Notes: a model not told the origin generated them from the sequence alone. A DNA stretch of 64,000 nucleotides from an uncultured Alphaproteobacteria bacterium (GCA_944392275.1 CALXWA010000004.1:20562-84561), one strand, 5' to 3'; positions 47,690-57,988 are shown, numbered from the stretch's first letter. Program-made: numbers and translations.

Positions 47690-48378
47690 TATTTAATTTT
47701 CTCCAACATTTTTGCCGCTGCATCAAACTCTGCCAACTTTTTGCTATGCCCTTGCCCGACTTGTTCTTCCATATTCGTCAAACTCACACCGACAAAAAAG
47801 AGAGGATTATGCTCACTTCCTTTTCTTTCTATGACACGGTAAATCGGAGCACCCAAACCTTTGGCATGAGCCAATTCCTGTAAAGCCGATTTTGTATCCT
47901 TGGGAGGAGCAACCCTTTTGTCAATTAACTCTTTCCAATGTTCATTAACAAATTCAATGGCTCCGTCGACACCCCCGTCAATATAAATAGCTCCGATAAC
48001 CGCCTCACAAACATCACAAAGGACATTTTCATTTTGCCGAATATCCTCACTGGCAACAACCATATACTCATCCAGATGCAATCTTTGAGCAACCATGGCA
48101 ACCGTCTCTTTACAAACAAGCCCCGTAAATCGTTGCGAAAGACTTCCTTCCGGCTCACTTGGAAACATTTGATACAACAAAGAGGCGATTGACACTCCCA
48201 AAACACGATCCCCCAAAAATTCCAAACGCTCATAATTTCCGGAAACATGAGGGTTAATACTTCCGTGCGTCAAGGCTTTCATTAATAAATCCGGATGCCT
48301 AAATTTGTGTTTTAATATTTCTTCAAGTTTCTCAATCATTTGTATTTTAACACTTTCTTTTGCTGCCTCACAAGCCAC
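47689..48378 (-). CDS. rnc: ribonuclease III
   Basis: ERLEFLGDRVLG signature and a C-terminal dsRBD. 1-nt overlap with era. Confidence 0.95.
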   Translation of the reverse strand: MACEAAKESVKIQMIEKLEEILKHKFRHPDLLMKALTHGSINPHVSGNYERLEFLGDRVLGVSIASLLYQMFPSEPEGSLSQRFTGLVCKETVAMVAQRLHLDEYMVVASEDIRQNENVLCDVCEAVIGAIYIDGGVDGAIEFVNEHWKELIDKRVAPPKDTKSALQELAHAKGLGAPIYRVIERKGSEHNPLFFVGVSLTNMEEQVGQGHSKKLAEFDAAAKMLEKIK

Positions 48379-49106
48379 TACTCTATTCCGTTAAACAACC
48401 GAGACCAACGAATTTTCTTTGGCCAAAGCCATGGCTTATACCATTCATACTCATCGGAATGAGAAAAGAACAAGAACCGAGCTTTTCCGATTAAATTTTC
48501 AAAGGGAACAAAGCCGACATTAACACGACTGTCATCGGAACGATCCCGATTATCCCCCATAACAAAATATGTTCCTTGCGGGACTTCCACCTCTTGAAAA
48601 TTATCATTCATTTCACTATCGGAAATTTCTATAATCTTATGGGTTACACCTTCTGGCAAAGTTTCAATATATTGGCGATAGCGATCGGCACTGCCATATT
48701 CACTACGCAAAACAAAATCATCAATTCTCTTCCGCTCCAACATTTGACCGTTAATATACAATCGTCCGTTTTTGAGCATAATTTTATCACCGGGAAGACC
48801 AATGATTCGTTTAATATAGTCGGTTTTATTATCCCGCGGATATTTAAACACAACCACATCGCCTCTTTTGGGTAACGAGGACCAGATTCTCCCCTCAAAC
48901 AAAGGAATACTCCATGGCAAAGAATGTTTTGAATAACCGTAAGTATATTTAGAAACAAACAGATAATCCCCCACATACAAGGTCGGATACATTGACCCGG
49001 ATGGAATTTTAAATGGTTCAAACCACACCGTCCGGATAAAAATAGCAATTAAGATTGCGTAAATAACTGTTTTTACGGTATCGGTAAAACTTTCTTCTTT
49101 ATCCAT
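48378..49106 (-). CDS. lepB: signal peptidase I
   Basis: N-terminal TM, SGSMYPTL (catalytic Ser), and GDNRDRSDDSR box E. Confidence 0.9.
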   Translation of the reverse strand: MDKEESFTDTVKTVIYAILIAIFIRTVWFEPFKIPSGSMYPTLYVGDYLFVSKYTYGYSKHSLPWSIPLFEGRIWSSLPKRGDVVVFKYPRDNKTDYIKRIIGLPGDKIMLKNGRLYINGQMLERKRIDDFVLRSEYGSADRYRQYIETLPEGVTHKIIEISDSEMNDNFQEVEVPQGTYFVMGDNRDRSDDSRVNVGFVPFENLIGKARFLFFSHSDEYEWYKPWLWPKKIRWSRLFNGIE

Positions 49107-49168
49107 TTTCTGCCTCTATCTTCCCCAAAAATTCATAAGTGAGTGTCATCATATACGCTTTTTTAGAT

Positions 49169-49576
49169 TTAACAACAACAATTTTCTATAATAACAACTG
49201 CTTGGGCATAAGGATAATCATCGCTCAAAGTCAAATGGATTTGACAAGGACCATCTTCTTGCATTGATTTCAACCTTTGCAGGGCTTTTCCGCTAAGACG
49301 AAGATTAGGTTTTCCAAGTTCATCATGCCCGACCTCGATCTCATGCCAGCTGATACCCCCGCGAAAACCGGTTCCCAAAGCTTTTACCAAAGCCTCTTTT
49401 GCCGCAAAAAATTTTGCCACCTGAGCCGCATACTTAACCTTATTATCATTATATTTGGCAATATAATCTCTTTCCGATTTGGAAAAAGTTCGACACACAA
49501 AAGCCTCTTTGTATTTTAACAAAATTTTTTCCACACGCCCGATATTAATAAGATCACACCCCAAACCGATAATCAT
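49169..49576 (-). CDS. acpS: holo-[acyl-carrier-protein] synthase
   Basis: MIIGLGCDLINIGRV... and the 4'-phosphopantetheinyl transferase fold; 135 aa. Confidence 0.8.
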   Translation of the reverse strand: MIIGLGCDLINIGRVEKILLKYKEAFVCRTFSKSERDYIAKYNDNKVKYAAQVAKFFAAKEALVKALGTGFRGGISWHEIEVGHDELGKPNLRLSGKALQRLKSMQEDGPCQIHLTLSDDYPYAQAVVIIENCCC

Positions 49577-49592
49577 TTTTCAATCCGTTCCG

Positions 49593-50108
49593 TTAAACAA
49601 CACGAGGCTTTTGCAATTTACCTAAAATCGTCTTGACCCCGACATAACACAAAATCCATACCACAAGACAATACGGGATACACCCAATCATCATTGGGTA
49701 TAAAATAGGCCAAATATCTTGAAAAAACAAGTCAAAATCCAAATTCATCAAAGCTTTTAGAGATTTATCAAAAAAATGCACAAAATCAACTTTGGTTGCC
49801 CCTTCATAAGAAGCCCCTAACATAAACCGACCGCTATATAAAACAGCAATCCATATAAGCGGAAACGTCCACGGATTTCCCAATACGGTTCCCAAAGCCG
49901 CCGCCATAGAATTAACCCGAAAAATCCATGCCAAAACCACGGAAAGGATTAAATGCAATCCGACAAAAGGTGTAAACGTCATCGCCGCACCAATAGCAAA
50001 ACCAGCGGCAATTTGTTCCGGAGAACCCTTCATTGCCCTCAATTTCAAGACAAATTTTTGCCACAATTTTGCATACGGATAATGATAAAATTTTGCCAAT
50101 AACTTCAT
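49593..50108 (-). CDS. DUF2062 membrane protein
   Basis: GSPEQIAAGFAIGAAMTFTPFVGLH...GNPWTFP pattern. spoT-adjacent, as in many proteobacteria. Confidence 0.6.
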   Translation of the reverse strand: MKLLAKFYHYPYAKLWQKFVLKLRAMKGSPEQIAAGFAIGAAMTFTPFVGLHLILSVVLAWIFRVNSMAAALGTVLGNPWTFPLIWIAVLYSGRFMLGASYEGATKVDFVHFFDKSLKALMNLDFDLFFQDIWPILYPMMIGCIPYCLVVWILCYVGVKTILGKLQKPRVV

Positions 50109-50167
50109 AAAGCACTCCTTTTTTTCTAAAATATAAGAAGTACCTTAGACTTTTAAAGTTTCAAACA

Positions 50168-52309
50168 TTATGCGGAACGATCAACATAAGAAACAACTTT
50201 AGAAGACTTCAATGTTGCAATAATATCGGTTAAATGCCGCAAATCCTTAACCTCAACATCAATCATAATTTCAAAATAGCTAAGCGTTCGGTTAATAATA
50301 TTCAAGTTGGCAATATTTCCGTTACTGCGAGCAATCAAATTAGACAATTCTCCAAGGGCTCCGGGTTCATTAGCCAACATAACTTTCAATCGACCAACAT
50401 GTGGAGTTTCGGAGGCATCATCTCCCCACGAAATATCCAACCATCTCTCCGGCTCATTGGCAAATTTTTCCAAAAGCTTGCAATCAATCCGGTGAACGGC
50501 AACTCCTTTCCCGGTTGTAACGATTCCAACGATTCGGTCCCCGGGGAGCGGATGGCAACATCCCGCAAAATGCACCGCCATTCCCGGAATCAACCCTTTT
50601 ATCTTTAAGGGTTCGCTTTTACTTTTATTTTTCTTTCCCGTAAAGCTCGGAACAATGGACTTAACAACTTTTTCAAGCTTCGACTGTTTGTAGGCCGGAT
50701 AAACCGCCTTCATAACATCCCAGGCGGTAATCAAACCTTCGCCCACTTTGGCATAAATATCATCTATTGATTCGGCTTCAAAATTCGGAAAAACATTTAC
50801 CAAAGCTTTTTCGTTAAAATCAAGATTTTCACTCTTAAAAGTTCTTTCCAGCAACTGTTCTCCGAGTGTAATAAATTGGTCTCTCTTATGGGCTCGAACA
50901 TAACGACGAATAGCGGCCTTAGCTTTTCCCGTTACCACAAAACGATCCCACTCGGTAGACGGATGCTGAGCCTTAGAAGTCAAAATCTCGACCTGATCCC
51001 CATTTTGCAAAACCGTTCTAAGCGGACGTATTTCGCCATTAATTTTTGCACCGACACACGTATCTCCGACAGAAGAATGGACGGCATAAGCAAAATCAAC
51101 CGGTGTAGAATTGATTGGTAAGCCGATTAAATCTCCTTTTGGTGTAAAACAAAAAACCTGATCATTATACATCTCGAGCTTGGTGTTTTCCAAAAACTCT
51201 TCCGGATTAGAGGCCTGCTCCAAAATTTCCAGCAACTCTCTTATCCAGCGGAAATTCTTGCCGACAACCTTTTCCCCTTGCTTATAGGCCCAGTGAGCCG
51301 CAACACCTTTCTCGGCAACCTCGTGCATTTCATGAGTGCGGATTTGGATTTCAATTCGTGTATTTTCCGGCCCGATAACCCCGGTATGAATAGACTTATA
51401 ACCATTTGGTTTTGGAGTAGAAATATAATCCTTAAACCTCCGCGGAATCATATGATATTTACTGTGAACAATCCCCAAAGCTTGATAACAAGCCCCAACA
51501 TCATCCACAATAATTCGAAAAGCCATAATATCGGAAAGTTGTTCAAAGGAAGCATTTTTTTGCTGCATTTTCCGCCAAATGGAATAAGGCGATTTTTCTC
51601 TTCCGGAAACTTCGGCTTTAATACCGTTTTCCTTCATATCCTTTTCCAGTTGACTAATAATTTTAGGAACAATATTGCTGCCTTGTTCCCGCAAAAAGTT
51701 CAAACGAGCTTGGATAGAATCATAAGCATCCCGATGCAATTCCTTAAAAGCAATATCTTCTAATTCGGTCTTAATTTCTTGCATACCGATACGTTCGGCC
51801 AGCGGGGCATAAATATCAAGAGTTTCTTTGGCTATTCGGGCACGTTTTTCCGGGCTTTTTAAAAAATGAAGCGTCCGCATATTATGCAGACGATCCGCCA
51901 ATTTTATCAATAAGACACGAATATCTTCCGACATTGCCAACAACAATTTACGGAAGTTTTCTGCTTGTTTTTTATCGGTTGACTTCTGTTCAATCATGGC
52001 CAATTTGGTCAGCCCGTCAACCAACTGAGCCACTTGATCCCCAAACAAACCTCTGATTTCTTCAACTGTTGTATCCGTATCTTCTACCGTATCATGCAAT
52101 AACCCCGCAATAACGGAGGCACAATCAAGTTTAAACTGGGTCAAGATACCGGCCACTTCTACCGGATGAGAATAATACGGATCGCCTGAAGCTCTAAGCT
52201 GAGCCCCATGTTTTTTCATAGCAAAGACATACGCTCGGTTTAACGCATCTTCATCAGCGTTTTCATCATAAGATTTAACCAAATCAACCAATTCATATTG
52301 TCTAAGCAT
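50168..52309 (-). CDS. spoT: bifunctional (p)ppGpp synthetase/hydrolase
   Basis: HD hydrolase domain (HDTVEDTD) plus synthetase, TGS and ACT domains; 713 aa. Directly downstream of rpoZ. Confidence 0.95.
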   Translation of the reverse strand: MLRQYELVDLVKSYDENADEDALNRAYVFAMKKHGAQLRASGDPYYSHPVEVAGILTQFKLDCASVIAGLLHDTVEDTDTTVEEIRGLFGDQVAQLVDGLTKLAMIEQKSTDKKQAENFRKLLLAMSEDIRVLLIKLADRLHNMRTLHFLKSPEKRARIAKETLDIYAPLAERIGMQEIKTELEDIAFKELHRDAYDSIQARLNFLREQGSNIVPKIISQLEKDMKENGIKAEVSGREKSPYSIWRKMQQKNASFEQLSDIMAFRIIVDDVGACYQALGIVHSKYHMIPRRFKDYISTPKPNGYKSIHTGVIGPENTRIEIQIRTHEMHEVAEKGVAAHWAYKQGEKVVGKNFRWIRELLEILEQASNPEEFLENTKLEMYNDQVFCFTPKGDLIGLPINSTPVDFAYAVHSSVGDTCVGAKINGEIRPLRTVLQNGDQVEILTSKAQHPSTEWDRFVVTGKAKAAIRRYVRAHKRDQFITLGEQLLERTFKSENLDFNEKALVNVFPNFEAESIDDIYAKVGEGLITAWDVMKAVYPAYKQSKLEKVVKSIVPSFTGKKNKSKSEPLKIKGLIPGMAVHFAGCCHPLPGDRIVGIVTTGKGVAVHRIDCKLLEKFANEPERWLDISWGDDASETPHVGRLKVMLANEPGALGELSNLIARSNGNIANLNIINRTLSYFEIMIDVEVKDLRHLTDIIATLKSSKVVSYVDRSA

Positions 52310-52432
52310 TGTTTTTATACATCCGTAAAATTTAAATAAAAAAAGATCCGGAATTAAACTTACAACATCTTTTGTTAAATAAGTCTAAACTTCCGGAATC
52401 TTAATTGCAACAAATTTTAAGCACAAAGACGA

Positions 52433-52918
52433 TTATTTGTCATCATAATCATCGCCGGCATCAAAACCGTCATCCATATCCAAGTCATCATCTAACGGAG
52501 CATCTAAATCATCACCCTCCAAATCGGCATCACCGTCCGTATCCAACAAATCATCATCTCCGTTATGGATTTGCATACTGTCATCCAGCTCATCGGCCTG
52601 CGGCAACAAACCGCTAAACTGTTCATCCAAATCAGACAATTCTTTTTCAGCGGCAAGGATTTCCATTTCTTCTTCTTCAGGCTCTTCAACCTCAACATAT
52701 TTTTGCAAGCCCATAACCAAAGATTTTTGCAACTCTTCAATACTAACGGTTTCTTCGGCAATTTCACGCAAGGCAATTACCGTATTTTTATCATTATCGC
52801 GATCAACCGTTGGTGTTGCTCCGCTGGATAAATCTTTTGCACGCTGTGCGGCAACCATTAAAAGTTCATAACGATTAGGAATTTTTTCAATACAATCTTC
52901 GACAGTAACACGAGCCAT
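52433..52918 (-). CDS. rpoZ: DNA-directed RNA polymerase subunit omega with long acidic C-terminal extension
   Basis: Trimmed to the ATG at 52918 ([30 protein letters not shown]...). The core of about 90 aa is followed by a D/E-rich tail of about 70 aa. Confidence 0.85.
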   Translation of the reverse strand: MARVTVEDCIEKIPNRYELLMVAAQRAKDLSSGATPTVDRDNDKNTVIALREIAEETVSIEELQKSLVMGLQKYVEVEEPEEEEMEILAAEKELSDLDEQFSGLLPQADELDDSMQIHNGDDDLLDTDGDADLEGDDLDAPLDDDLDMDDGFDAGDDYDDK

Positions 52919-53048
52919 TTTAAACGATCCTCTCAGCAAAATTAAATCTTCGCTACATGGTATAAACACATCTTTTTAAAATTGCAACAAAAAAAATAAA
53001 AAAATACTAATTTTCAATATGATAGAAAAATAATCTCCGATTCTGTTT

Positions 53049-54305
53049 TTAATCTACTCCGCCGATTGGCGTTCCCACCAGTTTGAAATCATTTTTAAAA
53101 AACTTGTCATGCAAGGTTTTCCGATGTTTTCGGACCTCCATCACGTCTGCAAGCGGAGCCTTATACATTTCAATAATTGCCTGCATGGTTGAATAGCGAA
53201 CCTGTTGCATTTTTGGACTAAGTTTCTTGATTTCATCATCATCCGAGCCGCTTTTATACCTTTTGATCGCCAAAACCATATACCGCGGAATTTGTGATAA
53301 ACGATAAGCTTTCAAGGTTTTGTCACAAGTATACGCCCATTCATTAAGGGTAAAACCCTCTTTGGCAACCACTTTTGCCAACGACAACTCTTCACCCAAA
53401 ATAGAGGCTTTTTGCACCAACCTCTGACACGGATTAACCAGATCTTTCATTCCCGGTGCCGCAACAAAATTTTCCGCCGCCGCATCATAGGCCAACCACA
53501 TGGTTGTCAGTTGATAAACTTTCATTTGATTTCCGTTTTGTTTGGCCCATTCTTCAACCCCGTCTAATGTATTAATAAAAGCCTCTACATCTTTTGCCGT
53601 CAACAATGAGTTTTTTGTCGGGTTAAGGGTTCGCAAATCACTCTTCGTCAATGTTTTGGCTAAATTTCCGTTTTCCATATATTTTTCGGGAGGAACCAAT
53701 TTACGGAGATTTTGGTAAAACTCACCATCATAAACAACCTTGGCAAAAGCCTTTCTCTTAACGGGAAACTCAAAATTTTCCTTAGGCTCTTCCCATACTT
53801 CCGGACGCAATAAATAATAAAGCCCCGGAGACAAAAATTCCAAATCTTCAATATCTTTCAAAGCATCGGCCACCCGAGACGGAAAACGATTTTTAGTTTC
53901 CTTAATCCCCGGCATATTCAAAATTTTTTCGGACATATTCGGTACCGAAAACAATGCCGGTCCGATATATTCATACATCTCTTTCGGTAACGAAGCCAAA
54001 ACTTCTAAAAAAGCATCTTCATCCGGCCATTTCAGACGTTTTTCATTCATTCCGTATGTAATAATCGTCTGCCTAAATTCCGGATTAAAATCACCTTGCA
54101 AATCAAAGACACTTTTGTATTGCGGATTATACAATACCTGCTGTTTATAAAAAAAACTTTTTAATTCTTCTAAAGTCGGAAGTTGGTCTTGCTCCAAATC
54201 AATATCATAAACTTTTTCATAATCGGAAATTCCGGCAGCCAGAGAACTTGCCGCAACAAAAAAGCATCCTCCGATTAAAAAAATCAAAAACAGCTTCAAC
54301 TTCAT
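53049..54305 (-). CDS. secreted hypothetical protein (418 aa)
   Basis: Signal peptide (MKLKLFLIFLIGGCFFVAASSLAAG); no recognisable domain. Confidence 0.55.
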   Translation of the reverse strand: MKLKLFLIFLIGGCFFVAASSLAAGISDYEKVYDIDLEQDQLPTLEELKSFFYKQQVLYNPQYKSVFDLQGDFNPEFRQTIITYGMNEKRLKWPDEDAFLEVLASLPKEMYEYIGPALFSVPNMSEKILNMPGIKETKNRFPSRVADALKDIEDLEFLSPGLYYLLRPEVWEEPKENFEFPVKRKAFAKVVYDGEFYQNLRKLVPPEKYMENGNLAKTLTKSDLRTLNPTKNSLLTAKDVEAFINTLDGVEEWAKQNGNQMKVYQLTTMWLAYDAAAENFVAAPGMKDLVNPCQRLVQKASILGEELSLAKVVAKEGFTLNEWAYTCDKTLKAYRLSQIPRYMVLAIKRYKSGSDDDEIKKLSPKMQQVRYSTMQAIIEMYKAPLADVMEVRKHRKTLHDKFFKNDFKLVGTPIGGVD

Positions 54306-55736
54306 TTAGTTTCGAACCACCTTAACCGTAAACGTTAATGTTTGCTCTCCCTTTGCGGGAATATCAATTGTCCAGATTCGAGTTTGAGCTGTTTTATTTT
54401 TACCGACAATATTTTCTGTCACAATCTCCGAACTGCCATTAAAAGCTTGCTCAAAATCAAGTGTGATTTTTTCTTCTTTTTGGTTAAAGAATTGCACCGC
54501 AACATCGGCCTCAAAAGATTTATCCGACAATTTTTGAACACGAACAATCTTCCCCTTAGCATAGACATCAAAAACTTTTCCGATGCTCAGTTCAATCTCT
54601 TCCCCCGTTGTAATTTGCTCCATTTGATCCGACCCCACAAAAGCCAAATTCTTTGCCTCTCGAGCATCATAAAAACGGACCACTCCTTCGGGCAACGGAA
54701 CACCTAAATGACTCTCCTTATCATTTTTGAAGTGGTAGAAAACTTCCGGATGAAGAGCCTCAAAATCATTTTGATAAGAATTAAATGAAATCATCAATGG
54801 CGATTTTAATTGATATTTTGTCTCATAAGCTACATCTTTGGCTTCCATCAACAAAATCTGTTTTGATTGTTGGTTAATAAGATCGGTTTGGAACGGAACG
54901 GAATATTGATAATACTCCGCCATACTCTCAGCCGAAATATTTTTTGCCATAACCGCACGATCTGCCGCAAAGCTTGCATTTAACAAAGCACCGCGAGCCA
55001 TAGGAGCTACCGGAACCGCATTTTGCACATTATTAACTTGTCCGGATACTAAAGAAATTTTTGCATTTTTATAATCCGTCCCTGAGTTATTGGTAAGGGT
55101 TGCCCACGCCTGCCAGTTTAACTTATCTTTCCCAACAAGCTCGGCAACATAATTGGTTTGCCACGAAAGTCCCGTAGTCAGATAATTGAGTACCAAATTT
55201 TTAGCCCCGGCGGATGCAGCATCTACGGAAACGGAAAAGGTCGGTTTAATCTTTAAGTTTTCCGGAAGGTCATTAAAAACGATTCGTCCGGGAAAATCAC
55301 TTTCAATTCCATAAGAAAATTTCAGCAACGGATTTCCATATCCGGCACTGACAACCGTTGCTTTATCAAAATAATTTTCACCACTGTCCGGATTAAAAAT
55401 TACGGTTTTTACCTCTTTTCCGACAAAATGTTGCAAAAGATTATTCTTATTTAAAAGGTCATAAGCATAATTTTGCTCCAAAACTTGAATTCCCTCACCA
55501 ACCAAAAAAGCGGTTTCGGGTTTCATTTGTTCAGAAACGCCTTCAAAAGCAATAACATTTTTCCCCTTTGCTAAATCCGCCTCCCGAGTATCGGAAACCA
55601 ACGCCAAATTTTGCGGATAAATATGGAGCTCGACACCTTTTACATCTAAAGCATCCAGTTTTAAAAGACTCGCATAGAGCGGAGAAATTCCAACTCCCAT
55701 TCCAAGACAAACCCAAACAGCTAAATATTTTTTCAT
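54306..55736 (-). CDS. secreted hypothetical protein (476 aa), possibly DUF4139/DUF4140-like
   Basis: Signal peptide. Beta-rich composition and a LNYLTTGLSWQTNYVAEL segment reminiscent of the DUF4139 family; this resemblance is unverified. Its stop abuts the start of the downstream secreted gene. Confidence 0.5.
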   Translation of the reverse strand: MKKYLAVWVCLGMGVGISPLYASLLKLDALDVKGVELHIYPQNLALVSDTREADLAKGKNVIAFEGVSEQMKPETAFLVGEGIQVLEQNYAYDLLNKNNLLQHFVGKEVKTVIFNPDSGENYFDKATVVSAGYGNPLLKFSYGIESDFPGRIVFNDLPENLKIKPTFSVSVDAASAGAKNLVLNYLTTGLSWQTNYVAELVGKDKLNWQAWATLTNNSGTDYKNAKISLVSGQVNNVQNAVPVAPMARGALLNASFAADRAVMAKNISAESMAEYYQYSVPFQTDLINQQSKQILLMEAKDVAYETKYQLKSPLMISFNSYQNDFEALHPEVFYHFKNDKESHLGVPLPEGVVRFYDAREAKNLAFVGSDQMEQITTGEEIELSIGKVFDVYAKGKIVRVQKLSDKSFEADVAVQFFNQKEEKITLDFEQAFNGSSEIVTENIVGKNKTAQTRIWTIDIPAKGEQTLTFTVKVVRN

Positions 55737-55832
55737 TTATGCCCCTTTCGGATAACAATCTTTATACAATATACTAAAAAATTTACAAAAAAGAAGCAAT
55801 AAATTAAAAATAAACTAGACTCGGGAAAAATA

Positions 55833-55848
55833 TTAACATATGATTAAC
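55833..55848 (+). promoter_or_regulatory. CtrA-box TTAA-N7-TTAAC upstream of gcrA
   Basis: The exact full consensus TTAACATATGATTAAC lies about 40 nt upstream of the gcrA ATG. Direct CtrA control of gcrA is known in Caulobacter. Confidence 0.55.
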
Positions 55849-55886
55849 CTCAATATAAAAACATTTTGTTTGAAGGAGAAATAAAA

Positions 55887-56414
55887 ATGGCGTGGACAGA
55901 TCAAATGGTCGAAGACCTCAAAAAAATGTGGAAAGAAGGTCTGACAACGGGAGAAATCGGAAAACGGCTTAACGTATCCAAAAACTCTATCGTTGGAAAA
56001 GTTCACCGTCTGGGCTTATCAGGACGTCCTTCACCAATTAAGAAAAAAGAAGAGACCACCCCAAAAGCAACAGAAAACAAATCTGCTTCTCCTAAACCGG
56101 CTCCGGAAAAGGCGGCACCTTCCAAAGCTCCGGCCAAAACAAATGTAAAACAAAAACCAGCAGAAACCCCAAAAGACAATTTTCAAACCTGTCTCAACAA
56201 AGAATTAGAAAAAAACTTTCTTTCTCCCAACAATAAAGAGAAGAAAAACAATGGCTTTGTTACGCTGACGGACTTAGACAGCCATACCTGTCGTTGGCCG
56301 ATAGGTGACCCCAAAGATGAAAACTTTCATTTTTGCGGCAAAAAGGTTAAAATCGGCCAAACATATTGTGAAGAACACGCGGCCATTGCCTATGTGAAAC
56401 CTTCTAAAAAATAA
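55887..56414 (+). CDS. gcrA: cell-cycle regulator GcrA
   Basis: MAWTDQMVEDLKKMWKEGLTTGEIGKRLNVSKNSIVGKVHRLGL, a flexible linker, and the conserved C-terminal domain. Trimmed to the ATG at 55887, preceded by an AAGGAG RBS. Confidence 0.85.
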   Translation: MAWTDQMVEDLKKMWKEGLTTGEIGKRLNVSKNSIVGKVHRLGLSGRPSPIKKKEETTPKATENKSASPKPAPEKAAPSKAPAKTNVKQKPAETPKDNFQTCLNKELEKNFLSPNNKEKKNNGFVTLTDLDSHTCRWPIGDPKDENFHFCGKKVKIGQTYCEEHAAIAYVKPSKK

Positions 56415-56428
56415 CAAAATATTAACTT

Positions 56429-56457
56429 TTGACATGATATATTACAGACAATAGTAA
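56429..56457 (+). promoter_or_regulatory. candidate sigma-70 promoter TTGACA-N17-TAGTAA for motAB
   Basis: A consensus -35 hexamer with a 17-nt spacer, about 25 nt upstream of the motA ATG. Confidence 0.35.
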
Positions 56458-56480
56458 TTATCTTTTAAGGACAAGAACTT

Positions 56481-57287
56481 ATGTCTGTAAGTATGTTGAT
56501 TGCGTTTATCGCAGGCATTGCGGTAGTTATCGGTTCAATTGTCAGTGCAACCGACCGTCCGCAAATGTTTATTGATATTCCGAGTATCATTATTGTTTTT
56601 GGCGGAACATTTGTAACCCTTTTTATATCATATGAACTTAAAACGGCTCTTGGAGCCTTGAAATTGATTGGTCAGTCCTTCAAAAGACATGATGATTCGA
56701 TTAAATCCCTAAAAAATGAAGTTGGTCGCCTTATTCGTTGGGGGTATCTTGTCCAAAAGAACGGACTTCAAGGCCTTGAAAATGAAGTCAATGATGATTT
56801 ACGCAAAGAAAATTCCTTTTTGGCTTATGGTGCCGATTTGGTTATAACCGGCTATACCGGAAATGAAATACGCCAAATTTTACTCGATATGCTGGAAGCA
56901 CAAGCCGAACGCTTGAAACGACCGGTAGATGCCTTAAAAAAGATGGGGGGCGATGCTCCGGCTTTTGGTATGCTCGGGACCTTAATTGGGTTGGTTATTA
57001 TGCTTGGCAGCATGGGTGGAGATCCGGCGGCGATTGGTCCAAGTATGGCTGTTGCGTTAATTACAACATTTTATGGTATTATTCTTGCCCGTATCGTTAT
57101 GATTCCGATTGGTACAAAAATGGCCGCTCGAATGGATGTCACTTTATTTAAGTACAACCTCGAACTGGAAGGTCTGGTTCTTTTAGCCGAAAGAAAAAGT
57201 CCTCGCTACATTCAAGATAAAATCAACTCATTTGTCGATGACAATGAACAATTCTTGATTGATCGCGACATGGACAGAGGCTCTTAG
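56481..57287 (+). CDS. motA: flagellar motor stator protein MotA/PomA
   Basis: 4-TM MotA/TolQ/ExbB family. Conserved PAFGMLGTLIGL in TM3 and a cytoplasmic loop; 268 aa. Followed by motB. Confidence 0.85.
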   Translation: MSVSMLIAFIAGIAVVIGSIVSATDRPQMFIDIPSIIIVFGGTFVTLFISYELKTALGALKLIGQSFKRHDDSIKSLKNEVGRLIRWGYLVQKNGLQGLENEVNDDLRKENSFLAYGADLVITGYTGNEIRQILLDMLEAQAERLKRPVDALKKMGGDAPAFGMLGTLIGLVIMLGSMGGDPAAIGPSMAVALITTFYGIILARIVMIPIGTKMAARMDVTLFKYNLELEGLVLLAERKSPRYIQDKINSFVDDNEQFLIDRDMDRGS

Positions 57288-57302
57288 TTCGGAGAGATAT
57301 AA

Positions 57303-57959
57303 ATGAAAAAAAAGTCTGAAGATAAAATTGATGAAGATTGGATGTCGACCTATGGTGACATGGTCACATTACTTCTGTGCTTTTTTGTCATGATGGTTTC
57401 CGTTTCCAAAACAGATGTTGCTAAATTTGAGATGATTCAAGCCGGCCTAAACGAAAGCATAGGCAAACAAAGCGTCACTCGCCCGATTGAAATGATGTTG
57501 ATGGAACTTGCTGAAGATGTTCAGTCTTTAAGTGCAGAAGACAGCATTGCCTTAGGGAGCGATACGCAAGGAGTTGTAATTGAACTTGGCGATAATCTAA
57601 TTTTTGATCATGGCTCTGCTGAACTCAAACCAGAGGCTATTCCCGTGCTAAAAAGAATTGCGGCCACACTCCAATCCGAAAGATACAGCTCTTTCAATTT
57701 TAGTATTGAGGGACACACCAGTGATGAGCCGTTTTCCAGTGCTTTATACCCTTCCAATTGGGAATTATCTTCCGCACGAGCCGCCGCTGTTGCTCGCTTT
57801 TTGGAAAAAAGAGGGATTCAAAGAATGCGTCTAAAAATAACCGGAATGTATGATATTGCACCTAAATATCCCAATTTAGACCCCTATGGACAACCCATCC
57901 CGCAAAATCGAGAAAAGAACAGACGTGTGGTTATCCATGTTGAACCATCCTTTTTATAA
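57303..57959 (+). CDS. motB: flagellar motor protein MotB (OmpA-like peptidoglycan-binding domain)
   Basis: N-terminal TM with WMSTYGDMVTLLL plug/TM motif, and a C-terminal OmpA-like domain (NWELSSARAAAVARFL). Confidence 0.85.
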   Translation: MKKKSEDKIDEDWMSTYGDMVTLLLCFFVMMVSVSKTDVAKFEMIQAGLNESIGKQSVTRPIEMMLMELAEDVQSLSAEDSIALGSDTQGVVIELGDNLIFDHGSAELKPEAIPVLKRIAATLQSERYSSFNFSIEGHTSDEPFSSALYPSNWELSSARAAAVARFLEKRGIQRMRLKITGMYDIAPKYPNLDPYGQPIPQNREKNRRVVIHVEPSFL

Positions 57960-57984
57960 AAAAAGCCCTTCAGGGCTTTTTTTT
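57958..57984 (+). terminator. Rho-independent terminator of motAB
   Basis: Hairpin AAGCCCT-TCA-GGGCTT followed by T9. Confidence 0.8.
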
Positions 57985-57988
57985 TATT

